A DNA stretch of 64,000 bases from an uncultured delta proteobacterium (GCA_963735595.1 CAVTLK010000004.1:96001-160000); one strand, 5' to 3'; positions 10,563 through 22,054 are shown, numbered from the stretch's first letter. Notes: generated by a model not told the origin, from the letters alone. Made by a program: numbers and translations.

Positions 10563-10594
10563 AGGGGACTGTCACCGAGGTTATTGGCCTGCAG

Positions 10595-11398
10595 CTAAAA
10601 TTCCTTCCGTGAGAAGACGAATGTCATAAGGGTCCACGTCAGGCACAGGTAGAGCACCGTATGAGCGACGGGCCAAAACGACATTGATTGGGAAAAGAAA
10701 TCATTCACGAAGGACGCGGAGTAAAACCACGTCGAACCCCATTGGGGAAACGCGAAGTATAGGATCTTTGTAATCCACTGGGCGGAAACGGTGCTAACGA
10801 CTCTTTCCCTGAGGGCGTCAAAGTAGACGAAGATATCGAATACGGTGGAAAAGACGTAAGCGAGAATCCCGAAGACCATGGCAATAATGCGGGAAGTCAC
10901 CAGGGAAATCAGGAAGATGAACGATATGAGCAGCGCAATATTCAGAACGAATATCCCCAGCGACGCAAAGAGCCCGAAAGGAAACATGCCCGCCTTCAGA
11001 AAGGCGAGAATCGAAAACCCCAGGCCGAGGACCGCGACATTGATGAGCACCACGGCAAGGATGCCGATAAATTTCCCCAGGAGATAGTCGAGCCGTGATA
11101 TCGGCTTGGAGATGAAGGTGGTAATGACGCCGGTTTCCACGTCGGACACGATCGCGCCCATCGAAAGGAGCCCCGCCAGAGTCAACCCCCAGAAGGTAAT
11201 GATGAAAAACCCGATTGTCGTCCCAAAGGAAACCATCTGGTCCGGTGAGAGCTCCCGGTTCTGAATGTTCATCGATCCGCTCATGCACCCCCGGCCGATC
11301 AGGATAAAGAGCAGCGCGACGCCCAGAAGGATATAGAACATCTTATTGCGGAGCCCTTCCTTGACGGTATTGCCCGCGATCGCCAGTATCTGTCTCAC
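10595..11398 (-). CDS. ABC-2 type transporter permease
   Basis: About 6 TM segments, SKPISRLDYLLGKF motif; overlaps the ATPase gene end. Confidence 0.85.
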   Translation of the reverse strand: MRQILAIAGNTVKEGLRNKMFYILLGVALLFILIGRGCMSGSMNIQNRELSPDQMVSFGTTIGFFIITFWGLTLAGLLSMGAIVSDVETGVITTFISKPISRLDYLLGKFIGILAVVLINVAVLGLGFSILAFLKAGMFPFGLFASLGIFVLNIALLISFIFLISLVTSRIIAMVFGILAYVFSTVFDIFVYFDALRERVVSTVSAQWITKILYFAFPQWGSTWFYSASFVNDFFSQSMSFWPVAHTVLYLCLTWTLMTFVFSRKEF

Positions 11399-12306
11399 GC
11401 TTTGCCCTCCTGTTTGATCGCGCCGAGGAAGATATCCTCCAACGATTCCCGATCTTCCCTGATCGATATCATGCGCGCTCCCGCTTCCACGATAATGCCC
11501 GGGATGTGGGCCATGGTCTGGTCATCCTTCGGGGTAATAATGTACGTGTTATCCTTCACCTCCACCCTGTCGGCCACCTTTTTGAGACCTTCGTGCAGCT
11601 TTTCGCTTTTCTCGGCGACTTCCACGATAATGCCGGTACGTCTGGTCGCCAGGGCGTCGAGCTTGCCCACCTTGACGATTTTGCCCTGGTTGAGGATCGC
11701 AACCCGGTCGCACGTACGCTCGACTTCCGAAAGCAGGTGAGAGTTGATGAAGATCGTCTTGCCGCGCCATTTCTCGGCAAGGATAATATCCCTGATCTCT
11801 TTGGTGCCGACGGGGTCAAGCCCGGACGTCGGTTCGTCCAGCAGGAGCATTTCCGGGTTGTGCATGAGGGCCTGGGCGATCCCGATCCGCTGGAGCATCC
11901 CCTTGGAGTATTCGCGCAGGGGGCGGCCCGCCGCCGCCGAAATGCCCAGTAGCTCCAGGTAGCGGCCGGTGCGCTCCTTGCGCACATCCCGGGAGAGGCC
12001 GTAGAGCTTGCCCGAAAAATCGAGAAACTCGTGCCCTTTCAGGAAGCCCTGCAGCCGCATATTTTCCGGGAGATAACCGATTTTTTTTCTGGCCGCGGGG
12101 TTTCCCGCCGGGCTTCCGAAGACACTCACGGTCCCCGCGGTGGGGAATACAAGGCCGAGCAGGATCTTAATAAACGTCGTCTTCCCGGCGCCGTTAGGGC
12201 CCAGAAAGCCGAAGACCTCTCCCTCTTTTACCGCCAGATCAACCCCTGCAAGGGCCCGCACCCTGGGATAGTCTTTTGTCAGGCTCGTGGCAATTATCGT
12301 GCTCAT
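11395..12306 (-). CDS. ABC transporter ATP-binding protein
   Basis: GPNGAGKTT, YSKGMLQR, LLLDEPTSGLDP, SHLL. Confidence 0.93.
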   Translation of the reverse strand: MSTIIATSLTKDYPRVRALAGVDLAVKEGEVFGFLGPNGAGKTTFIKILLGLVFPTAGTVSVFGSPAGNPAARKKIGYLPENMRLQGFLKGHEFLDFSGKLYGLSRDVRKERTGRYLELLGISAAAGRPLREYSKGMLQRIGIAQALMHNPEMLLLDEPTSGLDPVGTKEIRDIILAEKWRGKTIFINSHLLSEVERTCDRVAILNQGKIVKVGKLDALATRRTGIIVEVAEKSEKLHEGLKKVADRVEVKDNTYIITPKDDQTMAHIPGIIVEAGARMISIREDRESLEDIFLGAIKQEGKA

Positions 12307-12352
12307 AAAATAGCGGCCTCCTCACAATACGGTTCCATGCCGGCCCTGCCGG

Positions 12353-12394
12353 CCTATCGCGCTCCTGTCGCGCACCCATCGCGCACCTATCGCG
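12353..12394. repeat. About four imperfect copies of an 11-bp tandem repeat (CCTATCGCGCA)
   Basis: CCTATCGCGCT-CCTGTCGCGCA-CCCATCGCGCA-CCTATCGCG read directly. Confidence 0.75.
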
Positions 12395-12742
12395 TAGTAT
12401 ACGCGGGCTAAACAACGGGCGGTATGTCGCCCGTCACGTAATTTTGTCCTTTATTCTCAGGGCTTCACATATATTCGAATAAATATACACCACGTCATGC
12501 ATCTTTTCAACAAAAAAGGATGGTTTTATTTGTCTTGACAATACACGTGTCTTTACTACCATCAGACCAGCACAATCGGGGGATTACGCTCTTCTTGGAC
12601 AAGTCCTGGTCTTTTCAGCGCCTTCGCGGCGGGCGTATTCCCCATTGCCAATAAGCTACTACTTTCCGACTCTCTTTTCGCCGTGATGCCGCCGATTGCG
12701 ACGGGCATACTAACCGTTGTTTCCCACATTCAGGAGGCATCC

Positions 12743-13665
12743 ATGATCATCGATATCCATCGACACATTTTGGACGAGGGGTATTTCTCGGACTCCTATT
12801 GGAGGGGATTTGCCCGCATGGCCCTTCCCATCCTCCGGCGGCTCGGGGTTCAGGCCGACGTGGACATGGTCGTTAAGGACATCGTGCCCGTTTACTTACG
12901 ATCCAACCGGCGAAAAACACCTTGCCGCGATGGAGGAGGCCGGCATCGACATGACGGTCCTCTTCGCCTTCGACACCGGCCTCATGGTGGGCGAGACCGA
13001 AGGTCTCAATCGAGGAGCAGAACAAGGCGGTCTTCGCGATGGCCACGCGCTACCCGAAAAAGATAATCCCCTTCGTGACGACCGACCCCCGCCGACCCAA
13101 CGCCAGGGACTTCGTCAAGAAGGCTGTCCAGGAGTGGGGCGCCAGGGGGCTCAAGCTCCATCCCGGCGCGGGCTTCAGCCCGGAATCCAAAGAGACGCTC
13201 GCGCTGGTCGAGACCGTTGCCCGCTACGACATCCCGGTCCTCTTCCATACCGGCCCGAGCGTCCCCCCCACGTCCAGCAAATACTGCGATCCGATGTACC
13301 TGGACGAGATCCTGCTGCGCTTTCCCGAGGTCAACGTGATCGCTGCCCACATGGCCTACGGGTACCGGGATATCCTGTTCTCGCTGGGAATGAACCGGCC
13401 CAACCTCTACACCGACCTCGCCGCCTGGCAGACGACCGCGCGGGATCGCCGGCATGATTTTGCCCACGCCGTCAAACACGCGGTTGCGCACTTCGGCCCG
13501 GAGCGGGTACTCTTCGGGACGGACAATCCCTATCTCTGGCCGGTCCTGCCGGAGCCCGCGTATGTCCAGGCGGTAAGGGATCTCGCAGTAACGGGCCCGC
13601 AGGAGACCCGGATTACCGAGCAGGACGTCCAGATGATCCTCGGGATAACGCCAAAGGCCTCCTGA
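12743..13665 (+). CDS. Amidohydrolase-2 family protein, split by two frameshifts
   Basis: MIIDIHRH (HxH) after GGAGG; continues via ...AMEEAGIDMTVL... and GARGLKLHP...FHTG...AHM...VLFGTDNP in other frames. Confidence 0.8.
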
Positions 13666-13853
13666 AGGTATCGCGTAGCGAGCGCCCGGTTCCCGGAAGG
13701 TCTCCGGCCTGTCGATGCGTTCGGCGAAGGCTTCGCCCCGTCAACGCAGGGTTCCATCTCCCCGCCGTCGGGGGATGAACGATAAAAAGGGTTGACCTCC
13801 CCGCCGGTACTGCGCTATTATTGGCCGTTACGGAACAAGAGGGGTGGCCGTTA

Positions 13854-14988
13854 ATGACCGGATACGATATCGTTATCCTGTTTGTCCTGATCGTCCTTTT
13901 TATCAACATCATCGCCAACCGCATGGTTGTCAAGGACCCTATCGAGTCGGGGCGCCGGGATACGCTGCCGTCGGTCTCCGTGCTCATCCCCACCCGTAAC
14001 GAGGCCAAAAATGTCGGCGGCGTGCCTGAGGGGCGCGCTGACCCAGGATCATCCCCGGTACGAGGTTATCGTCGTGGACGACTCGTCGACGGACGCCACC
14101 GTGCAGATCGCCCAGAACATCGCGGCCAACAACCAGCGGCTGCGGGTTTTCCGCGGCAGGCCGGTCGCCCCCCACTGGTTCGGCAAGACCTACGCCCAGT
14201 ACCAGGCGGCGCAGGTATCGCGCGGCCAATACCTCCTGTTTCTGGACGCGGACGTGGTGCTCGACCGCAGGGCGCTCTCGTACTGGTCACCGCGGCCCAG
14301 AAGGCCGGCGCGGGGATCCTCTCTGTCCTCCCGCTCCAGGTGAAGGAGGGGTTCTGGGAAGGGCTGCTGGCTCCGTTCAAGTACTTCCACCTTCTTTTAT
14401 TCTTTCCGCTATACGCGATGGATTGGGCCTGGGAGGCGATGGCCGCCTACGCCAACGGCCAGTGCATGCTCGTCGAGCGCAAGGCCTACGTAAAGATCGG
14501 CGGCCACAGCAACGCCAGCGAGACGCTGCGGGAAGGCCCGGACATGGCACGGCTCCTCAAGCGCAAAGGGGGGAAGATCAGTGCTGCTGTCCGGCTCCGG
14601 GATCGCCCGGGCCAGGCTCTACGGCGGGCCGCCCGACCTCTGGGACGGGTTCACCCGCTTCCTCTATACCCTTGCCCACCACTCGGTCGTCGGGGCGATG
14701 CTCATGATCCTCGCCTACGCGCTGCTGTTCGTCATCCCGGTCATCAAGGTGGTGCTGGCGCTGGCCAGCGGCGCGACGGTCGGTTCGGTGGGGCTGCCGC
14801 TGGCCCAGGTCGGCCTGGGGATGATCATGTTCCTGACCGCGACCGGCCGCTACGGCCTGGCCTTTTCCGAGATGCTCTTCTTCCCGCTGGGCGCCGCCGT
14901 CTGGATCGGGATGATCGGAAAGGCCATCTCGGTTTCGATGGGCAAAAAGGGTGTGCCGTGGAAGGGAAGGACGATTCACCTGCCGTAA
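13854..14988 (+). CDS. Membrane GT2 glycosyltransferase (HpnB/CrtQ-like), several frameshifts
   Basis: PSVSVLIPTRNEA, EVIVVDDSSTDAT, WFGK, FLDADV, ANGQCML spread over three frames; C-terminal TMs and WKGR. Confidence 0.75.
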
Positions 14989-15062
14989 GAAAGCGTCTCA
15001 CAGAAGTACGGTGACAGCCATAATCCGTCTCGATATCAGAACACGTTACGTCCTTATCGACC

Positions 15063-15171
15063 CGTGAAGGGACACGACTTGTCGTGTCCGTCTTTGCCTC
15101 ACGGACGGCATTGCTGCTTATCCTCTCCGACCCGACCCGTCGTCAGACACAGCGAATTGACACCCCTACAG
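15063..15171. repeat. Degenerate REP-like palindromic element
   Basis: GGGACACGAC-TT-GTCGTGTCC hairpin and a distal ...CACCCCTACA end between convergent genes. Confidence 0.4.
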
Positions 15172-15227
15172 GTACACCCGCGCTACCGATAGCATTATGG
15201 TTCGCTCCGGTTCTCTTTTCGTTTCGA

Positions 15228-16137
15228 CTATCTTAAATACTCCGCCAGCTTCTCGGCAATAGGCCCGATCACCCGCTGCACGCTCGCGTCCTCGACCATG
15301 ATCAGGTGGCAATCCTCATCTAACCACAGGATCTCCTTTTTCGGCGCTTTCACTTTTTCGTAGGCCAGCGCTTGATACTCTTTCGAGAAGAGCTTATCCC
15401 CCGCCGACGCGATCACCACCATGGGGCACGCGATGCTCCCGTCCGTTATCGGGGAGGTGTCGGTAAAAAATAGCGACTTCATGAAATGGAACGGGTAGGA
15501 CGTCAGGCCGATCGGGTCGGTGAAGACCTGCCGCTGGATATCCGTATCCGTCGTGATCCGGTTGATATCGAGGTAGGCCCCCAGCGGCATCTGAACCCGG
15601 GGTAACAGGGTGAACCCGGCGCGCATGAAGAGCCGTACCGGCCCGTAGATCGAGGCCAGGAACCGGGGAAAGATGGTGACGGATAGCGTCTCCGGCAGCG
15701 ACGGAAGGATGATATTCTGAGCGAAGGCCGCCTTCAGGCGATGGTCCGTCCCGGCCAACAGCCCCGCCAGGAGCCCCCCCTGGGACGAGCCGAGGACGCC
15801 GACGACCGCGTTGAATCGTTCGGTGCAGAAGGTCACGGCGTCCCGGGCGTTCTGGAGCATGTCGGAGATCGTGTAGAGCTTCTTTTCCCGCGGGCTCTTA
15901 CCGTGGGAGACCGAGTGGACGCCGACGATAGTAAATCCGCGCGCCGCGATACCGGAAAGGAACTCGTCATAGAGCAGCGGATGGGTCATCGTACCGGGCA
16001 GGAAGACGACGCACGGGGTCGGACTTCTTTGACTCGTAGATCGAGAGGGCTATCCGGGTTCCGGCGGATTCTATCAGCTCCTCCCGGTAGCCCGCGTAGC
16101 CGGAATTGTTCAGTATCTTCTGTTCAGTGTTTCTCAT
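15228..16137 (-). CDS. Alpha/beta hydrolase, frameshifted near the 5' end
   Basis: GSSQGG nucleophile elbow, HGKS, GDKLF, CHLI; N-terminus MRNTEQK after GGAGG is in another frame. Confidence 0.78.
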
Positions 16138-16165
16138 CGGTTCCTCCATTCTTCAGCAGTAGACA

Positions 16166-16184
16166 ATGACTGACTGTCAGTCGT
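16166..16184. promoter_or_regulatory. TetR-type operator upstream of the hydrolase
   Basis: ATGACTGACTGTCAGTCGT, 18/19 identical to the palindrome at 16833. Confidence 0.75.
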
Positions 16185-16204
16185 ACCATTAAAGAAAAAA
16201 GTAT

Positions 16205-16824
16205 CACAACGCGATCAGAAATCGTCCCCTCCCTCATCCCGAGGATGCGCGGTAGGGCGCTTTCCAACGCCGCTTTCATCCGCTCCCGGTGCCCCCGGTC
16301 CGAAAGGAGCGTCGGGTGGTCAAAGGAATAGGCCACGGCGGCAAGCACCAGCTCGCCCGGCCTCACGCGGGTGCGGCACGTCGAACGCACCGCTCCTGTT
16401 TTCCCTCCTCCACCAGCCGGGCCATGAGGGGGACCATGATGTCGATGGTGATCCTCTTCATTGTGTCGTGAATCAAGGCGTTGCCGGGGCGGTGGAGGCT
16501 CTCGATCAGTCCCTGCTTTTCGGTGATCGTGTCAAACGCCGCGCCGATGACCGCAGAAAGCTTCTCCGGCGCGGTGAGGTCCGCGCGGTCGTTGATATCG
16601 GAAATGACCCGCCCCACGTCATCGAGGCTTTTTATGATAATCGCGCCGAGGATGTCTTCCTTCGATTTAAAGTGGTAATAGAATGTCCCCTGCGCCACGC
16701 CGACGGCGCGGACGATGTCGCCGACGGCCGTGCTGTCGTACCCCTTTTCGAGGAACAGGCGCTCGGCCGCTTCGATAAGCTCGTCTTTTCTGGCTTCGGG
16801 GTCCTTTGAGATGCGCATGTTCAC
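16205..16824 (-). CDS. TetR/AcrR regulator, frameshifted (3' end approximate)
   Basis: AAERLFLEKGYDSTAVGDIVRAVGVAQGTFYYHFKSKEDI HTH; C-terminal helices continue in another frame. Confidence 0.82.
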
Positions 16825-16831
16825 TATCCTT

Positions 16832-16852
16832 TATGACTGACTGTCAGTCATA
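16832..16852. promoter_or_regulatory. TetR autoregulatory operator
   Basis: Perfect palindrome TATGACTGAC-T-GTCAGTCATA directly upstream of the TetR start. Confidence 0.8.
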
Positions 16853-16917
16853 TTCTACTGTCTCACGGCTATCCTGTCAAGAAAAAAGGAGGGGGGGTAG
16901 GAGAATTAGCGGGAATT

Positions 16918-16993
16918 AAGGGGACGCCATACTTAATTAGCGAACTTACAGTGTCAGTATAGTATGAATAGTAATTAAGTATCGTGTCCCCTT
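16918..16993. repeat. REPIN/MITE-like inverted-repeat element
   Basis: AAGGGGACGCCATACTTAATTA ... TAATTAAGTATCGTGTCCCCTT, 22-bp imperfect inverted repeats around an AT-rich spacer. Confidence 0.65.
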
Positions 16994-18417
16994 CAATTGC
17001 CTTCCCCATGCACCTCCCCCCTCGCCGCCGCAAACGCCTTAACCGATCGCTCGACGTCTTCCTCGGTGGTCGCCCACGAGCAGACGCTGATGCGGATGGC
17101 CGGTTCATCGTTCCATACGGTCCGGCCGCACCAGCACTCTCCGGACTGTTGAATCTGTTCGAGCGTCGTTTTTGTCTCGTCGGGCGTACCGCAGGCGACG
17201 AGCACCTGGTTGAAGACGACGTCGTTCAGGATATGGAATCCGTTAGCCTTGAGCCCGTCGGCAAACTGCGCCGCCCGGTCGCACAGCGTATCCACCAGCT
17301 CACCGACCCCGCTCCTGCCGAGCGCCTTCAGTGTCGCCCAGAGCTCGACTCCCCGCGCCCGGCGCGACATATCGGGCGTCGTGAGCATGCCGTCCCGCCT
17401 CTCGCCGTACTGGCCGTACAGAATGTACGAGCCGGTGGCCTGCATCGCGTCCACCAGCGCCTGCCGATTCCGGCACAGGACGATCCCGCAGTCATACGGG
17501 GCGTTGAGCGTCTTGTGGGCGTCGGCCGACCAGGAGTCGGCCTTCTCGATACCGCGCGCGAGACGCGCGTTTCGTTTCGGACGCGGCGGCCCACAGGCCG
17601 AAGGCGCCGTCCACGTGTACCCACGCGCCGGCGCGACGCGCAACTTGTCGCATATCTCGTCGATCGGGTCAAAAGCGCCGGAATTGACGTTTCCTGCTTG
17701 CGTGATAACGAGCGTCCGGTCATCGAGGGAGGGCATCTCAGCGGCGATCATCCTGCCCTGTCCGTCGACCGCGACGCGCTCGACCCGCTCGTTGCCGAGG
17801 CCGAATAGCGCCAGGGCCTTGAATACCGTCGCATGGGCCTGCTCGGCCGAGGACGACCCTGATCTTCGGCGCGCCGAAGAGCCCCTGTTTATTCGACGTC
17901 CCAGCCCGCACGTTTAAGCAGCGTCGTTTCTGCCGGCAACAATCCCGGCAAGTGTCGCGACGGACGTCCCGCCGACCAGTCCCATGACGGTGCCTTCGGG
18001 AAGCCCGAAGAGATCCACGAGCCACCGCTCGGAGATCGCCTCGAGCTGCGCGGCGATGGGCGACATCACGTAAAGCCCGGCGTTCTGGTCCCACGCATCG
18101 GAAAGCCACTTTGAGGCCACCGCCGCCGGGATCGCCGCCCCGTTCACGAACCCGAAGTACCTGCCGCCGGTGGTCGCGACCGTCGCCGGAGAGCCGTACG
18201 TGGCAAGGAGGCGGACGATTTCGGCGGCGTCGCACGGGACGTCCTGAAGCGCTTCGTCGAAGACCGAAAGCCCCTCGATCGCGCCCCCGGCGGGCGTGAC
18301 CGGGCGCTCGCGCACGCCCTCCATGTATTCGATAGCACACGCCGCCGCCTGCTCGAATAAGGCCTTATCCGCCGATTGGGAAAAGAGGTGTTGTTGGAGG
18401 GTGGGATTTTTGACCAT
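16993..18417 (-). CDS. Group II PLP-dependent decarboxylase (aromatic L-amino acid decarboxylase-like), frameshifted
   Basis: RYFGFVNG, DAWDQNA, QAGNVNSGAFDP, ADSWSADAHKTLN (PLP lysine). Confidence 0.82.
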
Positions 18418-18475
18418 ATGATACAGTCGTCCTTTCTCTTATTGGATTTGTGGCGATGGGGTGGGATTGTCGGGT

Positions 18476-18823
18476 CTAAGGAGCCGTGTCGTCCAGTTCC
18501 GAAAGAATACTTTCAGCCGCCGCCCGCAACGCCGGCAGATCACGCTCTATTATCTCCCGGATTCTGCTAAGATTGAGCCCCAGATAGTCATGGACAAGCA
18601 CGTTACGGAAGCCCGAAATGAATCGCCAGGGCACCTCAGGGCAGGATTCCTTCAATTTTGAGGATAGGCGTTGCGTGGACTCGGCCAGCTCCTGGAGTTC
18701 CCGCAATACGGCTTTTTGCGTCTTTCGATCCTGTAGGAAAAATTCGCTCCCTGATAGGGTGTATTCCTCTACAGCCCGTATACACTCCAGAATGTGTTTG
18801 AGATAGACCCGGTCATCCCTCAT
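18476..18823 (-). CDS. hepT: HepT-like HEPN ribonuclease toxin (DUF86)
   Basis: RNVLVHDY (Rx4HxY); EVPW; coupled to the MNT gene. Confidence 0.88.
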   Translation of the reverse strand: MRDDRVYLKHILECIRAVEEYTLSGSEFFLQDRKTQKAVLRELQELAESTQRLSSKLKESCPEVPWRFISGFRNVLVHDYLGLNLSRIREIIERDLPALRAAAESILSELDDTAP

Positions 18824-19110
18824 AGGGGAACGGCCTCCTTGAGGACCACCTCCCTGAGTTCCTTATTGAGGGCTTCGGTCTCAACGACGTCAACACGGCA
18901 ACCTAACAGGTCCTCAAGCTCCGCCACAAGCCCTCCGGGAAACCACGGCGTCGTTTGACCGGTTACATCTATGAGAAGATCTATATCACTCGCATCCGAA
19001 GCCTCACCCCGTATGACAGACCCGAACACCCTCACCTTCCCGACACCGTGCTTCTTGGCAATGCGAATGATCTCTTCTCGTTTCCCAAAGATATCGTGCC
19101 TTGCCTTCAC
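18820..19110 (-). CDS. mntA: MntA-like minimal nucleotidyltransferase antitoxin
   Basis: FGSVIRGEASDASDIDL (GSx10DxD), LEDLLGCRVDVV. Confidence 0.88.
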   Translation of the reverse strand: MKARHDIFGKREEIIRIAKKHGVGKVRVFGSVIRGEASDASDIDLLIDVTGQTTPWFPGGLVAELEDLLGCRVDVVETEALNKELREVVLKEAVPL

Positions 19111-19191
19111 TTTTTCCTCCGCGTTCGACGCCCGGATGTCTACTGTTGGCTCGCCTTAAATAACTCGAATGCGGTAGTTACGCCGTCCTGC

Positions 19192-19841
19192 TTACTTGAT
19201 CGGCACGGCTTTGATCACCGGCTTTCCGTCCTTGACCTCAATCGTGAAGTCCACCCGGGAGGCCTTGAACTTCTTTTTGATGGCCTCTGCTTCCTTCTTC
19301 AGGCTCCACTCGAGGGCGTTATAACTGATGTTGTCGGTCGGCTCGCCGAGCCTCTTTTTTGCCGCCACCAGGCTTTTATAGACCGATTCGTATTCGCCGG
19401 TACCGGCGGCGGCTCCCTTGCCGGGGGCTGCGGGCTTGGACGGCGGGGGCTGCCCCGGCCCGGCGGTTTCGGTTCCCGGACCTGCGGGTTTTGCGGCCGC
19501 CGGACGCGCCCCGGTACCCTGCGGTGGAGCGGCCACTCCCCGCTCTTGTCCTTGAGGCGCATCCTGAAGATATCGCGCTGGTAGGTTCCGTCCTCGATCT
19601 GTTTGAGGATGCGGTTCCAGTGCTGGGTAAGGGTGTTGAACTGGGCGATGATCGAATCCCGCTTGAACTTGAGGCCCGTGTTGGTGATGTGAAAGGTGCC
19701 GACCTTGCGTACCATCCGCTGGACCTCGTCGCGAAGCCTCGCCGGTTCGATCTTCTCCACCCCGGCGAAGTACTTTTCGTAGGCTACCCTGAGCTCGCTC
19801 AGCCTCGCCTCGAGCAGCTGAATTTCTTCCATTTCGCCCAT
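19192..19841 (-). CDS. MXAN_5187 C-terminal-domain-like protein, one frameshift in the linker
   Basis: LRVAYEKYFAGVEKIEP...IEDGTYQRD N-terminus, Pro/Ala linker, C-terminal YKSLVAAKKRLGE...VDFTIEVKDGKPVIKA. Confidence 0.7.
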
Positions 19842-20056
19842 GGAGATAATTATAGCAGACGGTATGTCGGTGTAAAGGTTTATTGTGCGGAGCGGCCGAA
19901 CCTGCCGACCGGGGGAAAACACGGGGCAATGGGACTGCCGGCCCGGTTTAACCTTCGTGTCGTGGAATGCCGAAGTCCTCTGTCGTTTTGTCTACCTTTT
20001 TCGTTGAAATCGCCACTAAGGTCTGATACTGTACTATCCAGCCGGGAGGAATCGGT

Positions 20057-20518
20057 ATGGAACCCACCATCCTTAAGGGTATCTATCTCTTTGAAGACCT
20101 GACCGAAGAGGAGCTTGCAAAGGTATCCCAGATACTCGTCAAAGAATCATATCCCGAGGGCACCTTCCTTTTTCGCGAGGGTGACAAGGGCGACAAGTTC
20201 TACGTGATCATCAAAGGCGCGGTGCGTATCTCCCAGGCGATCAGCGGCACCGGCGAAGAGGCGCTCACCATCCTGGGCAAGGGAGACTATTTCGGGGAGA
20301 TGGCCCTCATCGATGAGTCGCCACGGTCCGCCGACGTAATCATACACGAGAACTCCGAGCTGCTGGTCATCTCGAAAAAGGACTTCGACGATCTCCTCTT
20401 TTTCAACAAGGAGATCGCCTATAAAATGCTCTGGGCCTTCGTGCGAACGCTTTCGCGCCGCCTTCGAGAGACGAACGACAAGATCAAAGCCTTCCTGCAC
20501 ATGGCCGGCAATTTCTAA
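20057..20518 (+). CDS. Stand-alone cyclic-nucleotide-binding domain protein
   Basis: LFREGDKGDKFYVI...GDYFGEMALIDESPRSA; no HTH. Confidence 0.88.
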   Translation: MEPTILKGIYLFEDLTEEELAKVSQILVKESYPEGTFLFREGDKGDKFYVIIKGAVRISQAISGTGEEALTILGKGDYFGEMALIDESPRSADVIIHENSELLVISKKDFDDLLFFNKEIAYKMLWAFVRTLSRRLRETNDKIKAFLHMAGNF

Positions 20519-20528
20519 TCGTAAGCCT

Positions 20529-22054
20529 ATGCTGTCTCTTATCAAAAGCAGCGCCGTCATGGGTATAGACGCCTACGTCGTCGACGTGGAGGTGGACCTC
20601 GCGCTGGGGCTTCCCCAGTTCAACACCGTTGGCCTGCCCGACGCCGCGGTAAAGGAAAGCAAGGAGCGGGTCCGGGCCGCGGTAAAAAACTCCGGTTTTG
20701 ATTTTCCCTCCCGCCGGATTACCGTGAACCTGGCACCGGCCGATATCAAGAAGGAGGGCTCGGCCTTTGACCTGCCGATTGCCGTTGCGATTCTGGCGGC
20801 CTCAAACCTCGTCCCCAGAAAAACCCTGTCCCAATACGTGATGGTGGGGGAGCTCTCATTGGACGGAAGGCTCAAGCCCGTCCGCGGCGTGCTCCCGATG
20901 GCCGTGGCGGCCCGTGAAAAAGGATTTGACCGCCGTTCTCGTGCCCGATGAAAACGCGGCGGAGGCGGCCGTGGTGGACGGAATCGACGTGCTCCCGCTC
21001 ACCTCGCTCGCACAGGCCGTTTCCTTTCCTTCGTGGCGAATCAGACATCCCCCCCCGCCAGGTAGACCGCCAGGCGATCTTCCTTTCCCACAAAAACTAC
21101 GACGTTGACTTTATCGACGTGCGGGGGCAAAGCCATGCCAAGCGGGCCCTCGAGGTGGCCTCGGCCGGCGGCCATAACCTCATCATGGTGGGTCCTCCCG
21201 GCTCCGGCAAGACCATGCTTGCCCAGCGCATCGTTACGATACTCCCGGAGATGAGCTTTGAGGAGGCCATCGAGACCACGAAGATACACTCGGTTGCCGG
21301 TAAAATGGACGGCAAACCCCTGGTGGCCGTCAGGCCCTTCCGCGCCCCTCACCACACGATCTCGGACGCGGGGCTCATCGGCGGGGGAACGATCCCGAAC
21401 CCCGGCGAGGTGAGCCTGGCGCACAACGGGGTGTTGTTCATGGACGAGATGCCCGAATTCAAGAAGAACGCCCTGGAGGTGCTCCGCCAGCCCCTCGAAG
21501 ACGGCAGGGTCACCATATCCCGGGCGCTGATGAGCATCACCTACCCCTCCCGGTTCATGCTGGTGGCGGCCATGAACCCCTGTCCCTGCGGTTACCTCGG
21601 TGATCAGAACAAGCCGTGCACCTGCGGGCAGCTGGAGATCCGCCGTTACCGCTCGCGGATATCCGGGCCTCTGATGGACCGGATTGACATCCACATCGAG
21701 GTCCCCGCCCTGAAGTACAAGGAGCTGACCGAGCGGCCCTCCGAAAACTCCCAGGCGGTCCGCGAGCGCGTCAACCGGGCCAGGGTCATCCAGTTCGAGC
21801 GGTTTACCGGCCGCCCCTACTTCTTCAACGCCCGGATGCCCAACCGCGACCTCGAGCGCTTCGCCCCTCTGTCCGAGGAGTGCGGCAAATTCCTCGAACG
21901 GGTGATGCAGACGCTCAAGCTCTCGGCCCGGGCCTATTCGCGCATCATCAAGGTCTCCCGCACGATCGCGGATCTCGCGGGCGAAGCGGATATCACCACG
22001 AGCCACCTGGCTGAGGCCGTCCAGTACCGGAGCCTCGACCGGGACGCGATGTAG
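20529..22054 (+). CDS. comM: ComM/YifB Mg-chelatase-like AAA+ ATPase, frameshifted near 20925-21030
   Basis: [49 protein letters not shown]. Confidence 0.9.

Noticed and set aside
12353..12394. Short tandem repeats here and at 59613-59639 as possible CRISPR arrays or iterons
   Set aside because: Units are 9-11 bp with no spacers, and no cas or rep genes are present
18476..19110. MntA/HepT pair as a novel defence system or island marker
   Set aside because: Common, well-described type VII TA module with no other defence or mobility genes nearby
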